NCBI GenBank assembly: GCA_004764695.1
Contig: SMSO01000008.1
Coordinates: 124,001 to 188,000 of the forward strand
Length of the DNA stretch: 64,000 bases
Reading direction: 5' to 3'
Origin: Schizochytrium sp. TIO01
Lineage: Eukaryota > Protista > Bigyra: Labyrinthulomycetes
In this document: piece after piece, positions 34,738 to 45,376 of the stretch
Layout of the letters: each line of letters begins with the position of its first letter
How positions within the stretch are numbered: the first letter of the stretch is position 1
Translations under genes and position numbers: made by a program
The notes under the pieces: model-generated
Told to the model about the DNA's origin: nothing
What the model saw: only the letters and a program-made list of their open reading frames with translations
Database searches by the model: none

Positions 34738-36575
34738 TGTATCCTAACAGTGCGTATATTCCTAGTAGAAATGCCTACTACTACAACACCAATGTGGCTC
34801 AGAGTGGCGGTACTCCCACTACTAACACTACTAACACTACTACTGGTAGTGCGGCTCCTCCTTCTTCTTCTTCTACTTCTTCAGGACTCAGGACTTCTCT
34901 TGCTAGTGATCATACTAACATCATGGTTTCCAGTAGGTACAACACTAGTCACTCTAACTACACCAGTGGCACTAGTCTTCCTCATCCTACGACTAGTGGT
35001 AGAAGAGGCCATCACAACAACCTCCCATCATCTTTGCATCCCTCTTTGCAAAACTGGAGCCCCCCACCGCCCTCCTCATCCTCCTCATCCTCCGGGCCTG
35101 CTCCAGGCTCCTCTTCTTCTCCTGCTTTGGCCTCCTCTCTGCACCAGGCAGGTCTCGAGAATAACAACCTCGCTCACAACAACAACAGCTCCTTTGTGGA
35201 CTCTCTGTGGCATACGAACGAGGCAGCAGCAGGAGGAACAGCAACATCAGCAACCTCTGCTGCAGGAGTCCCCGTGGGAGGTTCTGGCCTCGCCGGCGAC
35301 CTGGCTTTCTTGTTCTCTAGCAACCCAACCATCAGGTCGCCTGGCTCGCCTCGTGTTTCTACGAGTTCGTCACCGTCGCATTTACAGCACAACAGAGGTT
35401 TTGGCGGCGTGAAATGTGGTAAGACTGGATACTCAAGGACAGCCATCACCTCATCAGCGAACAATCCGAATATGGTCATGGCATCCTCCTTGAACGCATC
35501 AGAAGACAGTGACGGTTGGAATTTGCAGCGCAATCTCGTAGATATTTGGGATGCATACTCTGACGCAGATCTAAGATCTGCGACTGTGGTCTCTGGGGAG
35601 CTTGGGTTCGACACCCTTAATCTCACCAACTTTTTGGTTTCCAAGACGCAATGGACAGACCCCTCAGCCGTTCCATGGGGGCTCTGGAAACTAGTAATTC
35701 TCCATTACGCTTTCGAAAGAGAAGACCCCGACTTTCTGGAGGAAGTGCTCGGTTTCGTTCTCGCACGGGAGGCCCAGACGGCACATCTTCGTCCGGACGC
35801 CCATTGCTTACCAGAGTATCATGGCCCTCCTCAAACAGCCCAAGGTTTTATTCAACTTATGGTACTATTGGCTAAACGATGCCCCGCGGAGCTCCGGCTT
35901 GATAGTATGTGCGTGCTCTTTGGTGTAGATCCGTCTCCTTACATTTCATTTCATGTGCCTACATCTTTGACGCACCTTCGCACAGATTTCTTGCGCCATA
36001 TCATCACTACCACTCCAAACACAGATGCCGAGATCTATCAATCTTGTATTCTTTACTTATTCTACACAATGAACATGTACAAACTCGATGACTTCAACCA
36101 CACATCAGGCCATGCACTAGCGGAGGCGGGAGTACCTAAAGAATGTCTTCGAAGTATTCTCGCAGCTATGCAGGACAGCAGTAGTGTTCCTCCTCCTCAC
36201 CATCATCTGCAAAATCATAGCCATGTTCATCATGACCAGAGCCAACAGCTCAACATGACTTCTCAGGCGGATGCCCTCGATTCAATGTCAGCTGGACCAG
36301 GGGTCGTAGGTTCAACCATTGAGGCTTCAAATGACACCTCAAATGCTGGCTCGGATGATGGTGGCCAGTTACGCCTGATTGTCGAGGGTCAGTTTGTTTG
36401 CGAGGGTGTGAATGCAGACTTTCGTGTGGGCCTTGGTAGCAAAGGAAAGGCCAAAGTACGCATTGATGTTAACGGAAGTCACACGCGTATTACTCTACGC
36501 GACGAAGTTGCCCAGGAACTGGTGGATCAGCTTCGCGCGCCTGCTTGCCTTCGTTTGGCCTACAAACCCAGGTAA
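32391..36575 (+). CDS. Large Ser/His/Pro-rich low-complexity host protein with a globular C-terminal region (1394 aa)
   Basis: 4.2-kb uninterrupted ORF with poly-S/Q/P tracts; no family recognised. Confidence 0.8.
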
Positions 36576-38386
36576 CTTGCGTCGTGACGGAAGAAGTATT
36601 GGGTCCAAAACTTTATCTGTTTTCCATTGAGTGATGGAGTTATGGTGGAGGTACCCCCAGGAAGAGGCTTCTGGCCCCTGTCGCAGCCTATATCTGCATG
36701 TCCATTGAGCCCTGATGGATTACTTAAAGGATTTGAAATTGATTGATTCTGTCGTTGTTGGCAAGCTTGCGAAAACTGAGAGTTCAGGTATTGCGGTCGC
36801 TTCCGCATAGACCAGACTGAGGCTGTGAGCTGGGGGAGCTCGAGAGCCAGTCGATATTGCTGAGTATTTGCGAGGAAGGTAGCTGTCTCATCACTCTGAG
36901 TTGCGTCTGCAAGGTATAAAAGAAAGTCTTCATTAAATTCGAATGCGGTGGGGAACTGAAGCATGAGCTGGCGCACGCAGTCGAGAAACAGCAAAAAGAC
37001 TGGGGAGAACTCTTGGTCCGAGGTTGGCCTGCGGCATCGGTGCTTGAATTTATGCCCAAATGCGCACCACTCCTTTTCTACAAGTACTGCGAAGCCATCC
37101 AACGTTCGAAAGTATGGGTCACACATGAGTTGTGCCAAAGCACACATCTGTGCAGTTCGATCCCAACCATCTGAACAATGAGTTAACACTGAGATACCCT
37201 CTATATCTAGTGTCTCTGCGAGACGCACAGAGGCGCGCAGAACTGCTTTGACATGTTGAACCCATCCTGAGTCCGCAATAGCTCCATAGAAGTCACCATC
37301 AAATTCTTGGTCCAAAGCCACGCGAACCAACTTCATATAGGAAGTACGGAGAGCGTGGATATTCTCAATGCAATTGAACACTATATGCGCCCCTTTGTAA
37401 TTATTTGGATTTTCTGTGCCCTTGCCAATCATTGCATTACCCATAGCAGCCATTTGGCTTCGGGCATCCATAATCACATAACCGTGTTTTTCAACAGCGA
37501 ATATATTACTCCAGACGCCAGCAACAAACTGGTGTACGCTGTTGCGATCTTCACTCTTTGTCGGTGAAGAGGATTTTCTTGTTCCATTTATGGTTGAGTT
37601 GAAAGTGCTTCCTCCGTGTGTTTCTTTGGGCGAGGTTGGCGGGAGTGCCGCACTCAGGCCTGTTACACTCAATGCTTCGGCATCACATCCAGAAGAGTCG
37701 CCCCCCCCACCCATCATAAGCGCCTCAACTAGTTGCTCGTCCATTTCTGAGGTTTGGTTGCGTAGCCCGGCGAGAGGCTGGGCACTTCTTGCCATCACGG
37801 CACGGGTTCGTGGATGTACCCACGTAACAACAGGCAAGCGCCCGCTGCTGCGAAAAGCAGCTGATCCTTGGATAACATCGTCGCCGACGTTTTGGGGAAC
37901 AACAAGAAATCGGGGATAGCTATTACAAAGTTTATATCCTTCAGTCTGGTCGTAAATTCGTAAATAGCTAGGTAATCCTTGACGAGCGAACTCTGCACGC
38001 GCGTCGTATATATTCCATCCATCTTTAAGCTCCGCACTCGTGCACAAAGCTTTCGCTCTTAAAATAGCATCGGACTCCACAATCATTTGGCGGATTGCAT
38101 GTGCTGCCCGTGAAGATTGTTCATTTGGCTTATCTGCTTGGTGAAAACTTACATGAAGCTCTCGAGGACCGCGCGTGAGAATACTGAGAGAGGATTTACT
38201 AGCCTTTGCGGATGACACAGACCCGATGGGAAGCCATTCCGGAGCCTTACCGGTCTCAGACTTGGCAACTCTGAACGTGGTCACGCAGAAATACGCCTCA
38301 GGATCGCTACTGATTTGGGCGCCAAAAAGGACCTGTTCGCCTTGTGCAAGTTCCACACCTACCTGGCCGCCACGTGGAGCTGCCAT
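36560..38386 (-). CDS. Myotubularin-family phosphoinositide 3-phosphatase (active type)
   Basis: Catalytic HCSDGWDRT, FRSSGRLP, EKEWCAFGHKF and QFPTAFEFNE motifs; N-terminal PH-GRAM-like region; ATG at 38386. Confidence 0.95.
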   Translation of the reverse strand: MAAPRGGQVGVELAQGEQVLFGAQISSDPEAYFCVTTFRVAKSETGKAPEWLPIGSVSSAKASKSSLSILTRGPRELHVSFHQADKPNEQSSRAAHAIRQMIVESDAILRAKALCTSAELKDGWNIYDARAEFARQGLPSYLRIYDQTEGYKLCNSYPRFLVVPQNVGDDVIQGSAAFRSSGRLPVVTWVHPRTRAVMARSAQPLAGLRNQTSEMDEQLVEALMMGGGGDSSGCDAEALSVTGLSAALPPTSPKETHGGSTFNSTINGTRKSSSPTKSEDRNSVHQFVAGVWSNIFAVEKHGYVIMDARSQMAAMGNAMIGKGTENPNNYKGAHIVFNCIENIHALRTSYMKLVRVALDQEFDGDFYGAIADSGWVQHVKAVLRASVRLAETLDIEGISVLTHCSDGWDRTAQMCALAQLMCDPYFRTLDGFAVLVEKEWCAFGHKFKHRCRRPTSDQEFSPVFLLFLDCVRQLMLQFPTAFEFNEDFLLYLADATQSDETATFLANTQQYRLALELPQLTASVWSMRKRPQYLNSQFSQACQQRQNQSISNPLSNPSGLNGHADIGCDRGQKPLPGGTSTITPSLNGKQIKFWTQYFFRHDASYLGL

Positions 38387-39259
38387 GGTGTGACGGGTAG
38401 GCACTCGCGCGCTGATGGTTGTGTTGTAGTACTCCTACAGCGTACGTCCTATCCTCGAAGCTTCAGTTTGTTGCGTCGCTTGCGAAATTGCAGACTTTTC
38501 TTGGCTTTTTTGGTCTTTCTTTTCATCTCTAGAGGGTAGGTAGGCACTCATCATCAGCTTCTTCTTCTTCAAATTCTTTTTCTTGTTGTTGTTGTTGTTG
38601 TTATTGTTGTTATTGTTTATTAGAATGTACATACCACTTACTAATAGTACATTGCACTAAGTACTACGTATATGTTTAACTTTTCAATTTATTTATTCTG
38701 CTTAGAATCCTGATCAAATTTAAGCCAAAGCATATTATAAATATAGTGCCTAAGTAGGCAGGTAAATACTGGAACACCAATTAGCGCGACAACTCTGAAT
38801 ATTTAGAGTTGAAGCTTATTAAAAGTCAAAATAACCACTCTTACAGACAAGCTACAAAGCTGTTCTCACGAGGTAAAATCACTCCTATCATAATCCTCCT
38901 ATAATTTGCATTGAAAACGACCCATAGCCTCGCGAGCACTTCACTAATCATAGGCTATTTCTTTAAATTCCCAATAATTGTTGGACACACGATAGTCAAT
39001 TACTATGGCTGGTGGTAGCTTACAGGATTGTCTTATAGGTGGGTCCACAACACTACCAAGCGAGCCCACAAGCAAACAGTCAACCTGGTGCGAAAAGGAT
39101 TGTATTCGCATCTATATCTAGCAGAATCAGCAAGACGCGGCGCCTTCTAGGTGCTAGTAGCGCCACGGTAAGCAGCAACACTACACCGCAGACGCCAATC
39201 CTGCCAAACAAGGAAATAAAAGGGCGAGATAAGTAGAGAGGTTCAATCTCCAAGTGAGC

Positions 39260-40795
39260 ATGGATACTACAGGCGTTAAGGACGCGAAGAACCAGTTCGA
39301 CTGCGCAGTAGGTAGGGGTCGTTTGAGCAACACCATTCTAGAGCACAAAGCGCAAAAGAAACATAAAAAATCAAAGAAGGAAAAGAAAAAAAAGGACAAG
39401 AAGGAAAGAAGGAGGAAATCGACAACAGATGAACAAGCTCGTCCTCAAGGTCATCGCTTGTCGGCTCAGGAGCTTGCTGCACGCTATGGTGCTAAGGATC
39501 TGTCTGTTGAAGGGACTGCAAAAGATTCAGGAGTTGATTCTTTCCCTGGATCTTTATATAGAGTTAAAGATTCTGATGTAGGTCTTGTAGTCAATCAAAA
39601 GCATTTGAATTTTCCGGGCAATGAGTCAGGTTATAGCTCTGCATCTTCGGGCAACAATTACAGCTCCAGCAAGAATATGCCAAAACGTCATCGATTTGAT
39701 TCCGAGTCCGATGCAGAGTCTGGAAATGGAGCCAACCAGGATAGGACTCTTGTTAAGGACACCAAACATGCTCAAGAAACAAATGCCCAACGCTCAAACT
39801 CACCATCAACATCGGGAAACCTATCAGAACACTGCAAGTCAAAGCTAAAGATGGATAGTACGCGTTCTTCACGCATCATGGAACGAGATCTTAGCCCTCC
39901 TCGACGCAGATCAGCAAGGCGAAATGACTCAGACTCATCTCTAACGTCAAGTTCCACGCACACAGGAATGCAAAATGCTAGAGAATCCGGTTCAAGTGAA
40001 GGTAAACATCAATCTCCAGTGGTTAGGAGAGACACATATCCTGACCTTAGTCCTCCACGGCGTAGGCCTAGAACTCGTAGCAACTCCTCAATGTCATCAA
40101 TTTCAAGTTCAGGTGCAGTGGGCATTTCTCAGAGGGAACATGAAAGGCTAAGGCGTGGGCGGCTCGATTCAGATTCAAGTCACTCATCTAGTCCAGTTGA
40201 AAATGAAAAGTCCAATATAAGCCGTGACTTAAGTCCGCCTCGACGCAGAACACGCATTGATTCTGAAGCATCAGAGATATCGGACTTATCAAATGATTCA
40301 CATTATCTTTCTCGAGGCTTTAAAATCAATTCTGGTGAGGCCAAATCAAATCCAGCAACAACTTTTCGGGACGAGCATGGTCGCGTAATTGACATAGAAG
40401 CGTGTTTGAAAGAAAAGGAAAGAGCTCTCAAACAGACCTCTCATGCTAAAGCTCGACTCAATGAAGGGTGGCGTATAGGTGCTGCTGATAAAGCCATGGA
40501 AGCACAAGCCCTCGTCAAACTTCAAGAAGCTCGTGAAACCCCCTTTGCTGTGTATGAAAATGATCAACGGCTAAATGAATCTATTCGCCATATAGCTCGT
40601 GCAGAGGACCCCATGGCTAAATTTGCTAACCCCACATCTCAATTGAACAACGCTCAGCATGAGATATCACAAAAAAAATACCAAGGACCTCCAGCTCCAC
40701 CAAACCGTTTTAATATTGCTCCTGGATATCGCTGGGACGGGGTCGATCGTTCTAATGGATTCGAGCCTAAAGTACTGCAACGTATCCGCATGTAA
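39260..40795 (+). CDS. BUD13: BUD13/CWC26 pre-mRNA splicing factor (RES complex)
   Basis: Three DLSPPRR repeats and C-terminal PPNRFNIAPGYRWDGVDRSNGFE. Confidence 0.93.
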   Translation: MDTTGVKDAKNQFDCAVGRGRLSNTILEHKAQKKHKKSKKEKKKKDKKERRRKSTTDEQARPQGHRLSAQELAARYGAKDLSVEGTAKDSGVDSFPGSLYRVKDSDVGLVVNQKHLNFPGNESGYSSASSGNNYSSSKNMPKRHRFDSESDAESGNGANQDRTLVKDTKHAQETNAQRSNSPSTSGNLSEHCKSKLKMDSTRSSRIMERDLSPPRRRSARRNDSDSSLTSSSTHTGMQNARESGSSEGKHQSPVVRRDTYPDLSPPRRRPRTRSNSSMSSISSSGAVGISQREHERLRRGRLDSDSSHSSSPVENEKSNISRDLSPPRRRTRIDSEASEISDLSNDSHYLSRGFKINSGEAKSNPATTFRDEHGRVIDIEACLKEKERALKQTSHAKARLNEGWRIGAADKAMEAQALVKLQEARETPFAVYENDQRLNESIRHIARAEDPMAKFANPTSQLNNAQHEISQKKYQGPPAPPNRFNIAPGYRWDGVDRSNGFEPKVLQRIRM

Positions 40796-41074
40796 TTTGA
40801 TCATGGGAGTAATTTATTATATGCATATCACATGTACATACATAATTTTAGTTCAGCACTCTCAGTTGTAATACGTTATTCCTTTGTTCAAATCCTTTAG
40901 TGTAAAATACTCGAGTCACTGCATCAGTACTACTGCTAATTAAGACATTTCTAGAAAATCCTCTTCTTATTACCAACTCTTTTGAGCATGGTTTACAATG
41001 GATTTGTGTGAATATTATCCTTTATTTTTAAGATTGAAGTTTTGACGAGCAATCCTCTTGGTGGCAAATACTCA

Positions 41075-41990
41075 CTTACGAAAACGTTAGAACTTCTACT
41101 ACCTCCAAATGGTAGTGTCTAGTCCATATCAACGATGTACTAATATCAATTTAGGTCTTTTTAAAGAAGTGAAAGTTGGGTAAGAAAATGGCATGGTCAA
41201 GGAACCACCAAGCTCCAAACACTACACGTGTAGCAAACCTTTAATACAAGCCAGTGACGCACTTCAGCAAAATGTTTGGCGTCTTAGCAGTATCCTTCCA
41301 GTGCTTTTTCGGAGTCAATTGGTATATATGCAAGTGGCGAAGCTAAGCGCATCTATGACTGTGGTTTGTTCTGGCGGCCGCGAGTAACGCAGCACTGACC
41401 ATCACATTATCTACGTCAGAGTGTCCTCCGCCAAGCAAAAGCGGATTTCAAATACCAGGTTGGTGATCTCTAGCGCGTCCTTCCAAAGCCTCTGCCATCT
41501 ACAAAGGCATCGGCAGATGAGTCCACATTAAAAGGCCAGACTTGCGTACCCTATTGGACAACCGAGATTCACCACAGCTTACGCTTTGGCTCTGTGGAAA
41601 CTACGGTGTTATCCTTTTGTCTAAATTTGAAACCTCCCAGATAGTGAACAAGTTAACAAGACAGATCGATAGCAACACAGTTCAAGTGATGTGTTGTCGG
41701 CTCACTTTAGCTTCTGTCAAGCGCCTATTCGCAAAGCCCCCCCTCCTGGTGTAAACTTGAAATTTGCCGAGAGGATTAAACCTCAAAACCACGGTACCAT
41801 CCACGAGAAGCTCTGAGCAACAAAGGTCTTTAACTGCAACCGCGTAGCCAATAGTGATATCTACGCCGCCAGAGGCATCCTTTCGAGATACCTATCCAAG
41901 ATAATGATTTAAGAATTGTATTTGAGTCACTGGTTAGTTCTTAACGCCTGATTGGGCTCTGTCATAATTTGTATTACTTTTAAGGTTACT
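41075..41990 (+). mobile_element. Non-autonomous IS607/Fanzor2 derivative, copy A
   Basis: TnpA relic (RVSSAKQKADFKYQV, LRTLLD) fused at ~41560 to a TnpB relic (LWLCGNYGVILLSKFETSQ, DIYAARGIL); colinear with both ends of the 59.5-61.5 kb element. Confidence 0.85.
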
Positions 41991-42052
41991 TTGAACTTTC
42001 ACAAGAAACATTTGTTTTATAAGCTAGTGTTCAAATTCTACTTCACCAATTA

Positions 42053-42167
42053 GTTGCGGTGACCGAGTGGTTAAGGTGGTGGACTGCTATGTGACTTCCT
42101 ATGTGGAGTACAACATGTCTAAATCCATTGTTCTCCGAACGCCTGGGTTCGAATCCCAGCCGCAACG
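42053..42167 (+). tRNA. tRNA-Ser(GCT) with a 33-nt intron (42090-42122)
   Basis: Acceptor GTTGCGG/CCGCAAC, D-arm GACCGAGTGGTTAAGGT, anticodon stem GTGGA-CTGCTA..A-TCCAT, long variable arm, T-arm CTGGGTTCGAATCCCAG. Confidence 0.95.
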
Positions 42168-42750
42168 AATTACTACTCTTTTTTGTAAAGCTTTTTATTT
42201 TTTGCTTATTTTTTTTTGTTGTTTGTATGAATATATATCTTTTTTCTCAATAAAATTTAATCGAAAATATAATATTACTAGTACCGGAATGACTCTTTCC
42301 CTGTCGTGTTATTAGTTGAAGTGTTTTCATGATAATAACTTTGAATTATCATGTCTATTAAAATAAAAACAAAAATTAAGTAATATATTATTAAAAAAAA
42401 TTAAAATTAAAGTTTAAAATAAATAAATAAAAATTCAATCCGCTGGATATTATATATAATGATGCCACATTGGTATTGAAATAAAGTTCGCATGCTTACA
42501 AGTGAGCGATAAAAATCGTTAGACTTAATTGAGGCGTTTTGTTGCAAGGCGTCTTGTTGCAAGGCGTCCAATTTCATGCATGGTTGATCGGTCAACAGAA
42601 GATCAACTTCTTAGATTCAAAACGAATTGAAAGAACAACTATAAAAATAAAATACCCCGGCCTTGAGCTTAATTACTTTTCTTTTCCTTTTTGTTTTTTT
42701 AAATATAAAGTTATAGATGATCAAAAAGATTGAAAAAAAGAGTAGTATAT

Positions 42751-42865
42751 CGTTGCGGCTGGGATTCGAACCCAGGCGTTCGGAGAACAATGGATAGAGA
42801 CATGTTACACTCCATATAAGGAGCCACATAGCAGTCCACCACCTTAACCACTCGGTCACCGCAAC
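42751..42865 (-). tRNA. tRNA-Ser(GCT) with a 33-nt intron
   Basis: Exons identical to the 42053 copy. Confidence 0.95.
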
Positions 42866-43374
42866 TCACCGCTGGGTCTCAGTGTCGCCAACTCATTAAT
42901 AATCTTTGACAAAAACTGTCATGAATGCTCGAGAAATCGGTTCGGGTAAGAGGTTTGAAGTGAATGTCTTTGTGTATATATCATGCTTTCTTTACCCTGA
43001 CCGCTCCTCAAACCACTCCCCAAAGCCAGTGGCAAATCTATCCAGTGGCCCACTTTGGGTTAAATTCAAGCTAAAATCATGACTTTAACCTAGTAATTGA
43101 CACTAGACACCAGGTACTCAAAGGGCATTCTTGAAAATGCTCCACTGCAATGACATTTTACGGAATATAGATAAATATATTTATTATTAGTAGTAGTGTT
43201 ATTATATTTCATTTTATTCTTTACAAGGTAAAAAGACACCTTTCCGCCTTTGACTTGAGTAAAAGGTGCCCTTAGTTGAGCCGAATCTGCCTTTCAGATT
43301 TTCTGTCTTCATGCATTGAAGCTGAAATAGGTGCCGGAGGTTCAAAAATAAAAAGATCAAGAAGAATACTCATT

Positions 43375-43489
43375 CGTTGCGGCTGGGATTCGAACCCAGG
43401 CGTTCGGAGAACAATGGATCGAGACATGTTATACTCCATCTATGAAGTCACATAGCAGTCCACCACCTTAACCACTCGGTCACCGCAAC
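43375..43489 (-). tRNA. tRNA-Ser(GCT) with a 33-nt intron
   Basis: Exons identical to the 42053 copy. Confidence 0.95.
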
Positions 43490-43582
43490 TTGTTTTCACT
43501 TAGGTTGCTCTCATTCATTCTACGCAACCTCCTAGCTGTAAGGTACATAATTGAGTTGGAAAAAAGAAAGGTCAAAAGTATT

Positions 43583-43697
43583 CGTTGCGGCTGGGATTCG
43601 AACCCAGGCGTTCGGAGAACAATGGATTTAGACATGTTGTACTTCTCATAGGAAGTCACATAGCAGTCCACCACCTTAACCACTCGGTCACCGCAAC
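43583..43697 (-). tRNA. tRNA-Ser(GCT) with a 33-nt intron
   Basis: Exons identical to the 42053 copy. Confidence 0.95.
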
Positions 43698-43770
43698 CAA
43701 TCAGCTGTGATGGTATCGCTGTTCCTAACTAAATTTATAAAACTTTGCACGTAGGAACACCTATACTATT

Positions 43771-44675
43771 CACTTAGAATTTAACTTATAAAACTTGCAA
43801 AACTTGCATTTGCTTTGGCGAATGAGTGCCAATGGAGGGTTAAAAACTAACCCGCGACTCAAAGACAATTTTTGAATCGCTCCCTTAGATAGGTAGCTCA
43901 AAAGGATGCATCTGACGGCATAGATATCACCATTGACTATGTGTTGGCATTTTGTGTGTGGGGGGGGGGGGCATATGAAAACCTTAGATGTTCCGAGCTC
44001 GTCGTGGATGGTACCACACTCAGTGCATGGTCTTAAAGTGCAATTCTCTCAACAAATAACCAGCGTCCACCACTGGCAGGGGAGGGGCTGGGGAGTGAGC
44101 GCTTGTTGGATGTCAATGAATGACACATCATTCGAGCTGTCTTAATTTTGCTTGTTGAGTTTTCAAATTTAGGCCAAGGAATAACACGGTAATTTTCACT
44201 CAGCCAAACTGCAAGCTGACGGATAATCTGTCCTGTTGGGCGCGCAAGCCTGGCTTGTTCAAGTTGACCCCACCACTGATATCTTTGTGGACGGCTGAGA
44301 CGTTTGGGTAGGCACCGATCCGGGAATGGAAAATCTCCTTTTGCTTGGTGGAGGACGCTAAATCGTAGATACTGGTACGGTCAGTTGTGGACGCAAGAAC
44401 AAACAACAGCCATAGGTGAGCTCGACGTCGTCACTTGCGTATGTACGGTAGTATTCGGGGAAGCATCTGAAGGGAACTTGTTGAGATGCCAAACCTCTGG
44501 TTGAGTGTTGATAAATTGAGTTGAAGGTTTGTTTCACTTGAAATGTTTGGGGCTTGGTGATTCCTTGGCCATTCCAGTTTCTTACCTACTCCACTTCTTA
44601 ACCGAGACCTAAATAATTATTATTTATTATTTATTAAAATAGAGTAGCCAGGTAAACGAAGTTCCAATATTTTTA
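43771..44675 (-). mobile_element. Non-autonomous IS607/Fanzor2 derivative, copy B
   Basis: TnpA relic (SSTKQKEIF...HKDISGGVNLNKPGLRA) joined to a TnpB relic (AVWLSENY, PKFE). Right end contains the GGGTTA/TAACCC hairpin and ends in CTAAGTG. Confidence 0.8.
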
Positions 44676-45051
44676 TAGATACCCTATAAAAATAAAAATA
44701 GAATAAAATTACATTAAATCAGAGATAGGCAATGCCTCTTTCATATACAACCGACGGGGTACATGTTTAAATCCAGAGCATGATTTTCATACTATTGCAG
44801 CTTATCCTGTGTAATAGTATAGGTATAGAATAATGACAATAATATTGCTGAATCACGAATATATTTTTTCAATTTCTTTACTGCCTCGGTACCGACCTAG
44901 AGATTTGACTTTTTAATAATGATTTCTAACTCCTTTCAAAGTTTTTGCTATTTTCCAGTAGTCTAAGAGTGCTGTTAAGCCTACTAACGAAAAAGGTCTC
45001 ATATTGACTTTATGATTATATGCATGCAGTGTGTTCAGAAAAGTAACACCA

Positions 45052-45166
45052 GTTGCGGTGACCGAGTGGTTAAGGTGGTGGACTGCTATGTGACTTCATA
45101 GATGAAGTACAACGTGTCTTAATCCATTGTTCTCCGAACGCCTGGGTTCGAATCCCAGCCGCAACG
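45052..45166 (+). tRNA. tRNA-Ser(GCT) with a 33-nt intron
   Basis: Exons identical to the 42053 copy. Confidence 0.95.
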
Positions 45167-45261
45167 AATACTTTTGACCTTCATTTTTTTTTCAACTCAA
45201 TTATGTACCTTACAGCTAGGAGGTTGCGTAGAATGAATGAGAGCAACCTAAGTGAAAACAA

Positions 45262-45376
45262 GTTGCGGTGACCGAGTGGTTAAGGTGGTGGACTGCTATG
45301 TGACTTCATATATGGAGTATAACATGTCTCGATCCATTGTTCTCCGAACGCCTGGGTTCGAATCCCAGCCGCAACG
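45262..45376 (+). tRNA. tRNA-Ser(GCT) with a 33-nt intron
   Basis: Exons identical to the 42053 copy. Confidence 0.95.

Noticed and set aside
34135-35412. 425-aa Leu-rich ORF
   Set aside because: Alternative frame of poly-Ser (TCT) tracts within the 1394-aa gene.
38435-38632. Upstream ORF in frame with myotubularin, separated by one TAG (possible readthrough or extra exon)
   Set aside because: Low-complexity, UTR-like sequence with no protein motif; ATG 38386 already gives a complete protein.
42532-42569. 15-bp tandem GGCGT(T/C)TTGTTGCAA
   Set aside because: Too short and isolated to interpret.
42067-43683. Short ORFs beginning MVKVVDCYVTSY
   Set aside because: Spurious translations of tRNA genes.
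42053-45376. Repeat-variable-repeat pattern resembling a CRISPR array (33-nt variable inserts)
   Set aside because: The constant parts fold as tRNA-Ser exons, the inserts are homologous introns at position 37/38, and no cas genes are present.
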